Source: Azolla caroliniana (taxonomy: Eukaryota; Plantae; Polypodiophyta). From it: a stretch of DNA of 64,000 nucleotides. The translations under genes and the position numbers were made by a program. The notes beneath the pieces are model-generated. The model saw only the letters and a program-made list of their open reading frames with translations. It searched no databases and was not told the DNA's origin. Positions 24,901 to 38,390 of this stretch are shown here, in pieces; position 1 is the stretch's first letter; the number at the start of each line of letters is the position of its first letter. Where the stretch lies: assembly GCA_043228905.1 (NCBI GenBank), contig JBHGNT010000012.1, forward strand, positions 17,794,001 through 17,858,000. Reading direction: 5' to 3'.

Positions 24901-25839
24901 TGTGTGAGGCGTTTCTCTCTTCATCTCGAGCTTTGAAGATAGTGGAAGACCTCAACTAAAGCAAGGTGAAAACCCACGCACCGCAAACACATAAACATGT
25001 GCACACAAACATAGACACAAACATTCACACACACACACACACACACACACAATGTTTTGGTATGCCATCTCTCTCCATCTCTCTCTCTCTAGCTTTGAAG
25101 GTTGGCTCAATTCTCACATAAAAGTGCAAGTGGGTAGTTGTTGCTTTAAAGGAGGTGGTAATAATTACATTATGCTACTAGTGTTACCACTTATTTATTC
25201 TCAAAGGAAATGCTCAACCTTTTCGTTTCACTATATGTACACACACACACACACACACACACTACTAGTTCATTCATTCTCTTCATATATGGGGGGCGTT
25301 CAACATGTTGTTGTGTCCCTCATAAAAGCCCTCCTACCGCCAAACCCGATGGCTAGGCTGTCACCAGCTTCTATCATCGCTTCGAATTGCACACACACAC
25401 ACACACACGCACATTTATTCGCTTGACAACCATAAGCACACATATCATCGTATATTTTCCGCTATTGGTTCACTCACTATTACCCATCTCAATAATCGAG
25501 CTGCCACGCGAGAGTCAAATCATGACATCCTTCATTTCAATGGGTGCGGCGTGTTGTGTGTCCTTCATCACCAGAGCCGACCACTACGCGGTCGTTCGAT
25601 TGGGGTGCAATTTCCCCAAAGGTCTTTTCTTAAAAAAAAAAGTAGACGAATGAATGAACCGAATGTGTGTCATTCGCTTGACCACGGAACAAGACATATA
25701 GAAAGTAACTTCCCCTGCATTGAGATCGTATTGAAATAATATGATCGAAAGTTTTGAGTGTGTGTGTGTGTGTGTGTGTGTGAGGAGGTTTCGACAACAC
25801 CGTGTGGGCCGATGGTATTTGCTCCCTCCCCTGTGCTCT

Positions 25840-25930
25840 CATGTGGTGATTACAGAGGCCATATGTAAGAAGAGAGGCCATGTGGTGATTACAGAGGCCA
25901 TATGTAAGAAGAGAGGCCATATGTAAGAAG
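25840..25930. repeat. 39-bp tandem duplication upstream of ALE2
   Basis: CATGTGGTGATTACAGAGGCCATATGTAAGAAGAGAGGC twice plus a partial third copy. Confidence 0.85.
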
Positions 25931-26029
25931 AGCCCAGAGCCCAGAGCCCATCCTTCATCTTCATCTGCCACTTTGGAGCCCAAAAAAAGACAAGAGAAAA
26001 CAGAAAAAACAACAGAAAACAGAGTAAGT

Positions 26030-26202
26030 TGAAAAAGAAGAAGAAGAAGAAGAAGAAGAAAGAAGAAGAAGAAGAAGAAGAAGAAGAAGATTGGAGTAAT
26101 TATGACAAAAGTGTGTCCTTCATCTACTCATTTAATACCTCCCCCCCCCCCCCCCCCCTCATCTATCTCTCTATCTCTCTCTAGACTCTCTCTCATACTC
26201 TG

Positions 26203-26241
<39 letters not shown>

Positions 26242-26340
26242 CTCTGTTCCTCTCTATCTCATACTCTGTTCTTCTCTCTCATACTCTGTTCCTCTCTCTC
26301 TCTCTCTCTCTCTCTCTCATGCTCTGTTCCTCTGCCCTGT
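26030..26340. repeat. (GAA)n, poly-C and CT-rich / CTCATACTCTGTTCCT repeats, probably ALE2 promoter or 5' UTR
   Basis: Directly visible simple repeats. CT/GA tracts are typical near plant transcription starts. Confidence 0.7.
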
Positions 26341-26929
26341 TCTAAGCTCAAAAATGCCCAAATTTTGTTGCAGGTTCCTGGAGCTAAATGCTTCGTGACA
26401 CACATTATTATCGTTGTTCTCAGAGCTTCAACCATGAAGTGATGATTCCGCCCCCCCCCCCCCCCCCCCCCCCTGTATTCTCACACCTGCTGCTTCGTTT
26501 CAGCAGAGAAAAAAAGGAAAAGAAGAAGAAAACCTAGGAGTTCCAGGAAGTAGAGAGAGACAGAAAGGAATTCAGGCTGTGCATAAGTAGAAGAAGACGA
26601 CCCAGAAGAAGAAGGATACATTTCGACAAACATTGAGCCCTTGCGTTCGCATACAGATTATAGTTTTTTTTTTATGGTTTTAGTTGGCAAAAAGTATGAA
26701 GAATTGAAATAACAGGGGAGGAACAGAGAGAGTTATGGCTCCAAGTTTAAAATCCTCTGTTCCTGTTCCTGTTCCTGTATCCTCATCCTCATCCTCTTCA
26801 TCTAAACAATCATTATCATCAGAACTATTTGTTAGTAGGAATACAAGGAGAGGGTGGAGTAATGGAGATCTGCATTTTGCTCTGTCCTTTCAACACAAGT
26901 ACCCAGAAGAGCCTTTATCATAAAAAGGA

Positions 26930-29900
26930 ATGAATACTCTCAGGATGCTTCATTTTGTGCTCTTATTATACCTTTCCCTTGTGTTTTTACACAGCCCACA
27001 AGTTGTTGCACAAGGTATGTCGTCTATCTATACAGTCTTTTTAAGAAGTTCTCTCTCTGTCTCTCTCTTTTGATGCTGAAAAACGTTTGTGTTTAACGCC
27101 ATTGTTAGTTTATAAGAAAATGTATATGAACTCATGACCTTCTTGGAAGTTAAGGAGGAAGAAGACACCATTTTAAAAATGAAATCATCACCCGTATACA
27201 TTTTATGATGGCCTTATTGGCAAAGAAATTACCAATTGAGGGATACAAGAAGTCCAATCATGTAAATTTTGCAGAAAAGAGAAGACAAACTTGGACATGT
27301 TTTTACATCCCATTCCCTCTTTAGTGAAGAAGAATCATGTCTTACGGGGCATACCAATATTCAGTTTTGCCCCTTTTTCTTTGAAAGGGCGATCAATGCC
27401 GGGGAACAGTGCTTTACTAATTGGTCTAGTTTCCTTTTCACAAATGACGGAATTGGAAATCACAAAAAAATGCTGCAATGTCATAGGGGTTTAGTAAATG
27501 AATTCTTCATAATTTGTTTCAAGAATTTCCTCCCATCATCAATGTTTCCAACTTTTGATTGATATTTTAGTGAATAAGAGAACCTAATTTCCCGATGGGT
27601 ATGGAAATATGGTGCTTTACGTTTTATGACACAAAAACTTGTTCCATTCTTAGTTAACGTAGCGTGAAGTTATCTTCATGTATATGGAGCTTGAAAGTAT
27701 ATGCATTTTTATAATGAAGACCATACTTTAACAATGTATATCCTAAAGAAGCAAAATCAATTAGCTGGAGCTCCACTTGATATTGTTGATAACATGTGCA
27801 GCTTTCTTTGAAAAATTACATGAAATTCCATTGAAGCTTGGTTCAAATCTGTGTGTGAAGCCATCTCTATGAAGTTCATTTTACAATGGAAAGATCATGA
27901 CAGTATTTATTGTAGCCATTATGTGAATACAAGGAGCTTACATATCTGAGTTGTATGTTGTTATTCAGATGAGAAACATGATATTCTGAAAGAAATAGCC
28001 AAGAATGTAACGAAATCCAGTGAAAAAAGTCAACTACTTCAAGCTACTAAACATCAGCATGTTTCAAGATTCTCTCCACTTTCTCCATGTGTACCACACA
28101 TAGTTCAACCTCCGACTATAACAGAATCTTCAGCTCTATCTCAAGTTATGCAATCAGTCCCAGCACCGAAAGCATCAAGCACGAGAAGTCATCGCAAGCA
28201 TCACAGTCATCATCATCATCACCATCATCCGGTGGCATCACCATCAAGATCTAAAGTGATTCACACTCTGCCACCACCACCACCACATCATCCATTGAGA
28301 TTTTCACCGCCTCCTCCCTCAAAGCAATCACCATCACCATTATCCCCTCCTCCATCGGATAATCGGTCTCCTCCACCTCCAGCTCTGAGAAGATTGCCAC
28401 CTCCTCCACCGTCCAGATATGCAAATACTCCTACTCCAGCCCCAGGTTATCTATCTCCTAGAAAAGAGAAAATGTTGTGTCACAGTTTTCGTTTTTCTTC
28501 TTAACGTATACAACAATGTTGCATCGTAGTTGCTCTTTCCCGTCCTAACATAAGTAATAACTTTATGTCATAGATTTTTTACCTCTGAAAATGGTATGCC
28601 ATTGTTTTCTTCTTGTTCGTTGAGTAGATAGCAGTGACATTTTGTATTTTCTTTCCCCTTCCTATAACATAGGTAACAATTTTGTGCCACAGTTATTTGT
28701 TCCCTTCTTATAACATTGGCAACCGTGCTACATACATTAAGTGCATATGTTCTATACAAACTTCTTGGCTATCTGTATGAGTATGATATGAACCTTATAG
28801 TTTTGTCTTTTGGAATTTTGAATCCATGTATGGTTCTCAATGCAGGGTTTTCAGTTGGTGCTTCACCACCACATCCACCACCACCAACACCACCACCACT
28901 GCTGTCGCCACCACCGCCCATAACATCATATCCACCTCCACCAAAAGAAGGTAAATTAATTATCTTTGTGCTCTATCAACAAAAAAATCTCTCCATACTG
29001 TAATTATCTTAATTAAGTACAGTTCTCTGAGTTTTTATCTATTAGTAGCAAGCCTATGGATTTTGAGTACATGAAAAAAAAGCATAGTAGGCTGTCATTT
29101 TAATAATAGGTGAGGTTCTGATGAGTGTGTTTTAGTGGCAGATTGTGATGAGATTGTGTGTTTACCACCACTAACGAAGACACCATTCATGTCACCATGT
29201 GGATGTGTGCGGCCAATTGAAGTCAAGATTGACCTAAGCGTGCCACTCTACTCTCTCTTCCCATTGATATCTGTTCTTGCAACCAACATTGCCGAGGCTA
29301 CAGTGCTCTCTCCAAACCAAGTTGAAATCTCAGGAGCGAATGCAGATAGTCAAAATCCAGATACATCTATTGTAGATGTTAATTTAGTGCCTTTGGATCA
29401 AGCATTTGACAATCTTACTGCTCTTCTCATCTTTCAAAAGTTCTGGAGTCATGAACTGCTCTTGAATTCGAGCCTTTTCGGCAACTATAGTGTTATATAT
29501 GTCCATTACCCAGGTACTTGCTTCACTTGGTACCTCTATTAAGATAAATACTGGGGTCTGTTTCTTTTCTCTATATGTGCTTTGGAACCCTTTGCATTCG
29601 GGAGCTTATTTCTTTTTTCTGATTAATGTGCTTAAAAGGTCTTCCTTCTTCACCCCCTAGTAACAGTGAGGTTGGTGCCCAAGGAGCACCTGGATCAAAT
29701 GGAAATTTAAAGCAGAATCCTATTGGTGTCAATGTTCCCAAGCAAAGACATAGGATGAATATTTGGATCATAGCTGTGATTGCATTAACCTCAGCTATAG
29801 GTTTGGTAGGATGCATTGGATGTTTCTGGATTCTGCTTCTTAAATTTTGTCGCCGCCCTGAAGATGTCAAAATTCCTCCCCCTGAGGCTGGGCTGATATC

Positions 29901-31726
29901 TTCCAGGACTAAAAGATCAGGTATTACCCTAATTTGATTACCTCTTATTTTTCTTTGTGTGAAAGGAAATAAAGTGAAACTCATGTCTGCGAAAAGCCCA
30001 AAATGACATAAATGACAAAGTTACTTGTGTATGAAAGAGAGAGGGAGAGGAGAATGTGTGTGAGAGTGGTACAGAGAGAAAGTTTGAATGGATAGGTGGA
30101 CGATCAGCTTTATCTAGTGATCTTGGGAGTTCAACTTCAATGTCATTTTCATCGAGTATGGCAACATATACAAGTACAGCAAAAACATTCTCACTTGCAG
30201 AGATTGAAAGGGCTACTGACAAGTTTAGACCAGAGAATGTGATAGGAGAGGGTGGTTTTGGGAGAGTATATTATGGCATTTTGGATGATGGATTAAAAGT
30301 GGCCGTTAAATTGCTCACAAGGGATGAAGGAGGCAAAGAATTCATTGCAGAAGTGGAGATGTTGAGTCGTCTCCATCACCGCAACTTAGTGAAGCTTATT
30401 GGTATCTGCACAGAAGATCATAGCCGGTGTCTGGTATATGAGTTGATCCCTAATGGAAGTGTAGAATCTCATCTGCATGGTAAGTAAGATTCAGTTCTGC
30501 ATTTAAAATATACTTTCTCTCAAACAAGTATGTATAAGAAGATTGTCCAAACTTGTTTATTTATATTTATTTTCAGGTGTGGATAAAGAGACATCTCCTC
30601 TGGATTGGAAAGCTCGCATGAAAATAGCTCTTGGTTCTGCCCGAGGGCTAGCTTATCTCCACGAAGATTCAAATCCCCGTGTCATCCATCGCGATTTCAA
30701 GGCAAGCAACATTTTGCTAGAGAATGACTTCAACCCAAAGGTGTCAGATTTTGGATTGGCAAAAGCTGCCCCAGATGAGGGCAGAGGACATCTTTCTACA
30801 AGAGTCATGGGAACATTCGGGTAACTGCAGTATTGTTTTAATTTTCTCCTAGCTTCCATAAGCTCATTTGGTTGCCCACTTCCATAACTATGGCCCAATT
30901 CCAGAACTAGCACTATGTAGTACATCTTCTTGCTAATGAATATTTTTTCATATGCTAACACAGATATGTTGCTCCTGAGTATGCAATGACCGGACATTTG
31001 CTGGTGAAGAGTGATGTATACAGCTATGGAGTTGTGCTACTAGAGCTTCTAACAGGGAGAAAACCCGTGGATATGTCACAACCTCCGGGACAAGAGAATC
31101 TTGTGACTTGGGCGAGACCTCTCCTTACAAGCAAAGAAGGCTTAGGTCTACTAGTCGACCCTTCTCTAGGAAACAACTTCCCTCCCGACAACCTTGCTCG
31201 AGTTGCCGCCATAGCATCCATGTGTGTTCAACCTGAAGTTTCGCATCGTCCGTTCATGGGTGAAGTTGTACAAGCACTGAAACTTGTCTATAATGAGTGT
31301 GATGCTGCACAAAATGGGACTAATGGACACTCTAGCAACGCTAGCCAAGGAGGTGAATCCTACGCCGATAGTGAAACAAGGGGGGGTATCGAACACCCCC
31401 CACATTGGCTCAACAAGAGATCATCACAATACATTCCAGATAGTACGAATTCCTTCGTCTCAGTGGACTATGATTCGGGTCTCAGCCAGCCAGATGAATC
31501 TGATGTTGCTAGGCCATTATCAATGTCTGGAATATTTCCTAATCCAAGGTTCAATGACCGCGATTCATCACTATTAACGAGTCATAGCATGTCGGGGCCA
31601 TTGAGACCGAGTCGAAGTAAACGAGCTGCAAACAATGTAAGAGATGCTAGCAAAAGGGGAAGTGTTAGTGAACATGCTACGACGACTGTATCTCGAGATA
31701 GGGATTTCTCACAGATTTTGTCATGA
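26930..31726 (+). CDS. ALE2: Receptor-like Ser/Thr kinase, ALE2-like (Pro/His-rich ectodomain, TM, kinase); 8 exons, 903 aa
   Basis: Exons 26930-27014, 27969-28445, 28846-28950, 29142-29513, 29639-29920, 30096-30479, 30577-30820, 30964-31726, all GT-AG and in phase (2712 nt). Signal peptide [23 protein letters not shown]2-type C..PLT.TP..SPCGCV.P and [28 protein letters not shown]..., kinase motifs [61 protein letters not shown]. Confidence 0.93.
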
Positions 31727-33119
31727 AAGAAGCTAAAAAAATGGATTCTTTTGTGTGGAATTGTTGGTATACATATGACGAGTCTCGTTGTGGATATGGA
31801 TATACTCAAGAGTCAGAGGTTTTCAAAGATGTCATTCATGTTTCAATCTTATAGGAGGGAAAAACAACATTCTTGTTTGACTCTGCCATCGAGTGCAATT
31901 ATGTGGACAGAAGAGCGCACAATGAACTGAAGCATTACTATTAAGGCAGAAAATGGTATACTTTTCAGCAATTTTGGTGTGCAGAAAAACGTTGTCTTGT
32001 GTCAAGTAATTTGTAAGGATAGAAGAGAAGACAAGACTTGGGGCTCTTTTTTTAACCTTTTTCCATTGCTGACAATAGATTATGAAGAAGAAGAAAAACG
32101 CCCAATTGTAAAATGATAATTTGTAAAATCAATCGGATAATTCAATCTTCACCAAGGATTTATGCATATATATCTCAAGATGAATGTTTTTTTGTACAAT
32201 ACATTGAATCCATTCATTATATTCATAGCATTTGTTTGTTATGAAACAACAATTCCTTTTTTACACACCAAAACTTGAATGCCTTTTCTTGTAATGAATT
32301 ATATTGTCCTACCTTGGATTGCTTTTCTTGTAACAAATTCTATTGCTCGACACCTCATTGCTTTATAAAACTAATGATAAGACTATCAAAATAAAGTTTA
32401 CCACAACAATATCATCATTGCATGTATATACATCACACATGTATGTGGATGTCTGATTTACCATAAAACATATGCTCCATTGGTATTAATAAAAAGCCCG
32501 GAGGCAGTATACAAATAGTACATAATATTGTTTCATCTCCACCAATATATCTGAACTGATTCTAGCATTTGTAAAAACTGTTGGGAAAAAAAACAGCTAT
32601 AAAACACAGCATTGATTCCAGTGATCTGCTGCATTGATTTCTTATGGATATACAAAGACAATGTTGTGTGCCACTTGTGATTTCACATGGAATACCTTGT
32701 TTGGATTGTTTTTTGGTTATGATTAGGACTGCATTCCATGTATTATGTTGGAATCACAGCCCTGGACACATTGTGCTACCTCAATGGACAACATTTCAAA
32801 GTACATGATAATCTACTAAATCATGCACTTGACACTGATATTGTGTCTTCTTTTAGGCTCTTGTTTTTTTTCTTCTAAACAACATATCCTTCCATTAGTT
32901 TTAAAAAGGCATATAAACTTACAGAATACAAAAAAGGACGGAAAGGAAGCGACTACCCTTCCCAAGCCCCTCTTGTGTACAACAATGGCTAGCCATGGAT
33001 CTTTCTCCATTTAAAATTGCCCATATTGCCAATATGGGTCCACAGATCACATCATTACAACACGTAAGACCAAAACTGTTGAGCCCACTTATTTTACCAA
33101 AATGAGAGATGATTGGGAG

Positions 33120-33660
33120 ATATATAGCCTCCAATCTGTGACTTTTAGCATACTACATGCTTGACATCAGTGCATATCCTGCTATTGTATCAGGATCCAA
33201 TTTGATAGCTTCATTCAAGCTCAATTTCCCCATATTTATATTACCAAAGCATCTACATGCTATCAATAAGGTCAACCAAATACACACATCTGCTGCAATT
33301 GTCATTGTTCGAAGCATCAACTCAGCCTCTTTAAGACAACCAGATTGCCCAAGTAGTTATACCATGCAATTATAATGCTCAATACAATCATACCCTTCTT
33401 CAATGTTTTCTGCATGATTGCAAGCTGACAAAATACTAGTAAATGCAGCATCAACTGGAATTAATCCCTGTTGTTCCATCTCTTTCAGGCAATGAATGCC
33501 TTGCTACTGTGTGCATACCATGTAGAGAGACGTCCATGAAACCCCGTCATGAAATGGCAGTATATTGAACATTCGGTGAGACTCTTCCAACTTTCTACAT
33601 GCTGCATACATATTAATGAGAAAATTGCCTATGGCAACATATGAATCAAATCCATGCACA
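33120..33660 (-). pseudogene. PLS-class PPR pseudogene fragment with E-domain
   Basis: HGFDSYVAIGNFLINMYAACRKLEESHRMFN..DGVSWTSL, EMEQQGLIP..AAFTSILSACNHA..IEEG, EHYNCMV*LLGQSGCLKEAE..., IWLTLLIACR.FGN..., LDPD..AGYALMSSM*. Contains stops, a frameshift and deletions. Confidence 0.85.
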
Positions 33661-34478
33661 AGCTTTTTTAGGCTCTTGTTTCATTACCATTCTTGTTGTT
33701 AGAGGCATCAGCATTGTTTATACATGATGCACATATTCAGCTTGTAACTCTAATTTCTTATGTACATACAGTGGTGATGTTGCATCACACTGAGCTGCAA
33801 CATTTGATGCTTTGTTTAACTCTTTTTGCTCTAGCAGGTGGGGATCACGACTCCAAATACAATTGCAATTATGTGATTCTGTCCATTGTGTTTTCTTACC
33901 ATTTGATTGATCAAGATTCATCGCCATTAGCTTGCATGTTTAGAATTCAAGACACGTTGATTGCATTAGCTTAAAGAAAATCACTGACAAGTGTATGATT
34001 ATCTAATAAAACATATGCTTGGTAATGACATCTCATGAATGTGACTTAAGAATTGTGTTATATCCTTACTCGTGACTCTCATTGCATGTGACATGGTATA
34101 TATCAACAAAGGAGTACATGACTCTCTAATAATTTGATGAAAACCGCGGAAGGTAATATGCCATTCTATGGATTTACCACAATAGAGAATGCCCGAAAGA
34201 TTTGAGCATCCATGGAGTAAGCAAGCATCATATCTTATTTAACAAACCTAATGTGTCATTAATGAAGTTCTAACAAGCTAGAAAGTGCATTCGATCGGTC
34301 TATCCGGACAATGAAATAGTTAGAACCACCCTAATTAAATGTGACTGAATTACACGGTCGAAATTTTGTTTCAGAAATTGCAACTTACATTATAGAGAGC
34401 TACATTTGAAGCAAGAGATAAGTAAGGCGGGAATTATAATATATATATATATATATAATGAATTAAGTATAACAATAA

Positions 34479-34551
34479 GCCGGCCTAGCTCAGTTGGTAG
34501 AGCGCAAGGCTCTTAACCTTGTGGTCATGGGTTCGAGCCCCATGGCCGGCG
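34479..34551 (+). tRNA. trnK-CUU: tRNA-Lys (anticodon CUU)
   Basis: 73-nt cloverleaf: acceptor GCCGGCC/GGCCGGC, anticodon arm CAAGG-CTCTTAA-CCTTG, T-arm ATGGG-TTCGAGC-CCCAT. AT-rich/CAA upstream and a TTTT terminator immediately downstream. Confidence 0.97.
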
Positions 34552-35600
34552 TTTTCTCGAAATAAAAGCTCTTTAAGTCTTTAATCATAAGGCAATTTCT
34601 TTGACAAATCTTCAACCATAAGGAAATTTCTTTGACAAATCTTTTAACCATAGAGCCCCAAGTAAGTCAATCAATCCTTTACTGCTCTCTCCAACTTTAC
34701 ATTATATTGTAACCCCTAGAAGGAGAGTTTCTACTTACAACTTACAAGGCCATTGTGGCCTCATATGCCATTTGTTTATAACACAAATATGTTCTCGGGC
34801 CAACGTTGTTTTATCTCCAAAGTATGGGGATCTACTTGTCCATGTATCCATTTATTGGCCAAACCAAGGGGAATTTTGAGGCCTCTTCGTATAACTCAAT
34901 GAGGTAACTCATATATACTCACTATTTAGAGCCAACGCTTGCTATCGTGATTGCCTTTTTTTATCTTTTCAACACAATATGGTGCTATTTTTGACATCCA
35001 TCCTTTTTATGTGTTTGCTTTTCACTTTTCTTTCACATTCAAAGAGAGAATTCAGCCCCTGTATAATTGTTTTCCTCGTAACACAACATGGCATGCAAAG
35101 ACAGGACTTTGGTACGAAGTATCAAGCTCTTCTTATGCTTTTTTATTTTTCAAAAGAAATGTTGATAGCCCTTCAAATTTTGGTAAGGTAAAATACTTGG
35201 CTTAATAAACAATTACAAAAGCTATCTAGCAAAGAAAGCTTCACTAAGATGAGGAAATGTTGTATGTTAACTAAGGAGAACACTTGCTAGAAGATGTACT
35301 TAAACCAAACTCTTTTGGGTTCCTTAAATGCTAGCAAATCAACTCTACATATAGAAAAAAACTTGCCTAAACCCCACCTAAACATTCCTTGGAATTTTTA
35401 GCATAAAAATAAAAATAAAAATAAAAATGCAAAGCCATAGTTGTCTGAGTTTTGTATATGGTTTGTGTATATGATGGGGAAAGTATGCCCCTAATATGTA
35501 TGTTACTTTCCAAGCTTTTCATTGTTTGATATATTTCTACAAATAAAGAAATAACCCATTTACATGTTCTTGTTTTGTGACAATAACAACTAGTAGTACT

Positions 35601-37446
35601 TCATTGGTCTAGGATCGAGATCTCTTTCCCAACTTCGGATGGGGGTAAAAAGTAGTCCATGGAAAGGCCCTCCACATTGAATGCAACTTCCTCTATGCTC
35701 CACATTTCCTCCATCTTTGTCTTCGTGTGGCTCATGGGCTCTTCGCCAAATTTGTAAAGTGTGACGATCGAGTGCCCCGAGTGTGCAATGTTGACACCAT
35801 CGATTTTCTTGTAGTCTTGTACATACGAGGCAATTGTGGTCTCCCAATAGACTGCTTCTGCACCAGTCGATTGGATTCGTGTTAAATGTGTGTCCTCGAT
35901 GAAAACAAGAAGTCCGGTCTTCTGACTAAAGTATCCGTATAATACATGCCTTATGATCTCGGCTGGCCCGTCATTTCTTGTGCCGGGTGTTGCTGGATCG
36001 ATTGATAGTTTGAGTACGAAGCAATCTTCATCGCCGATCTTTTTCTCGCCAGTACATTGGGCATGGATGAACATGTTCGCGGTAGCTATGGGGTCTAGTC
36101 CCTGATATCAAGACAAAATACCGAAAAAGAAGCATGTTATTCAACATCATTAGGTGGCATTGTTGATCTAGAATGCATGACATTAAAAGAATGGGAGAGA
36201 ACCCCAAAAGAAATACCCTAACTTTTCGGATATGTACCCCAAAAGAAATACCCCCCCGACATCTTCAAAAATTACCGAAATACCCTTGATGTGTTAAACA
36301 CTACCCAAGAATTCTCGAGTTCCAAACATACACAAGAATACTCATACATGTTATTCAACATCATTAGGTGGCACTGTTGATCTAGAATGCATAACATTAA
36401 AAGAATGGGAGAGAACCCCAAAAGAAATAACCCTAACTTTTTGGATATGTACCCTAAATACCCCCCCCACGCCTTCAAAAAAGTACTTGGGTAGTTTTTG
36501 ACCCTTAATGTGTCAAAAACTACCCAAGTACTCCTGGGTCCAAACATAACACAAGAATACTCATACATAATACAAAAAACCGACTACAAAATTGATTGAA
36601 TGACTAGTTTGCAAACCTGGATGGCTCGACGTAATGGCCGGACAGGCCCATGGGTGGCATGGGCACCCAACCATGGTGTGTATCTCCACACAACCTTGCC
36701 ATTGCTTCCGGCTTGAACCGAACTCCCCTCGATCTCGAGCTCGAGGTGCCATTTGTCGGGCATCATTTGCCATAGCACAAACCATCCATTCTCGGCCGCC
36801 TTAATGGGATGCTTGGCGATCCGGGTGGCCGTCTCGAATTCGGTCGTGAGCATCCTCACTTTGCCACGCGTGTAAGATGTTCGAATCGCGCGTAAGAGGT
36901 GGAGCCCCCCCGAGGCCGCGAGATACTGGTGGATGATGTATTGGGCACATGATGTTTCCTACATGAATCCAAATCCAAAGATCACACCACATTATGTTAC
37001 ATACATCCACACATTCATCTATACATACATACATCCACATATACATATACATATACCATACATACATACCATACCGTACCGTACCATACATACATCCACA
37101 TATACATATACATATACCATACATACATACCGTACCGTACCGTACCATACATACATACATATCATACATATCATGCATATCATACCGTACCATACATACA
37201 CACATTCATCTATACATACATACATCCACACATACTTATACTGTATACATATATACCCATACTACATAGTACACACGTTCATCTATACATGCATACACCC
37301 ATACATACACAAATTCATCTATACATACATACATAAACCCATACATACACACAATCATCTATACATACATACATCCACACATACATAAATACATACATAC
37401 ATACACACATTCATCTATACATACACACACACACACATTAATCCAC

Positions 37447-37479
<33 letters not shown>

Positions 37480-37584
37480 TTAATCTACACGTACATACAT
37501 ACATACATACATACATACATACATACATACATACATACACACACACACATTGATCTACACATACATACATACATACATACTGAT

Positions 37585-37615
<31 letters not shown>

Positions 37616-37866
37616 TACTGATACATACACACGCATACACACATTAATCTACATATAGTACATATACATACACACACACACATTGATCTACACATACATA
37701 CACACCCACACATTGATCTACACATACATACACACCCACACATTAATCTACACATACATACATACATACATACATACATACATACACATACACACACACA
37801 CACACATATTAATCTACACATACATACACATACACATTACACACATTAATCTACACATACATACAT

Positions 37867-37901
<35 letters not shown>

Positions 37902-38390
37902 TATTAATCTACACATACATACACATACACATTACACACATTAATCTACACATACATACATACATTTGGATAACATGAAGAGGATTGGGGGGGGGGGATA
38001 AAAGAAGAAAGTTACCATGGGAGAGGTTTTGGTGGGAGGATGATGAGGAAGGCCATGAAGAGATGCAGCTAAAGGTGCGAGGGGACATCCAAGGACACTA
38101 AGAAGGAGCTGTGGGTCTGAAGACCTCTTGTAATGTGAAACCAAGCTTCTCTCAACATGCCCTTTCACCCACAGCACCATGTTCTCCCAAGGCCTCTCCT
38201 TCTCTTCCATCTCTTTGTTCTTGTTCTTCATCTTCTTCTTCATCATCTTCTTCTTCTTCTTCTGGTAGGAGTGCTTGTTTACATCATGGTATGACTCAGG
38301 TGTGGGTCCTTCTGATACAGGTCCTAAGATCAATTCTCCCCCAATTGGGTTTATTGCACAAAATGAACTCCTCCTCTTGGATATTATCAT
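35601..38390 (-). CDS. DUF620 plant protein (BOUNDARY OF ROP DOMAIN-like family); 3 exons, 405 aa
   Basis: Exons 38390-38016, 36958-36617, 36101-35601, all phase 0 (1218 nt). Motifs L.PV.EGP.P, LLLSVLGCPLAP, ETS.AQYI..QY.AASGG, GWFVLWQM.PD.W.LEL, WRYTPWLGAHA..GP.RPLRR..QGLDP, YWETTI, MEE.WSIEEVAFNV.GLS.D.FLPP. Confidence 0.92.
36133..36567. repeat. ~214-bp tandem duplication in DUF620 intron 2
   Basis: CATGTTATTCAACATCATTAGGTGGC... starts at 36133 and again at 36347. Confidence 0.85.
37000..37965. repeat. ~1-kb compound (CATA)n/(CA)n microsatellite filling DUF620 intron 1
   Basis: Directly visible, punctuated by recurring ATTAATCTACAC / ATTCATCTATAC units. Confidence 0.95.

Noticed and set aside
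36801-37907. Numerous ORFs rich in C/V/M/Y or H/T/Y/I
   Set aside because: They are translations of the (CATA)n/(CA)n intron microsatellite. The same applies to 4186-4494, 38777-39184 and 41896-42198.
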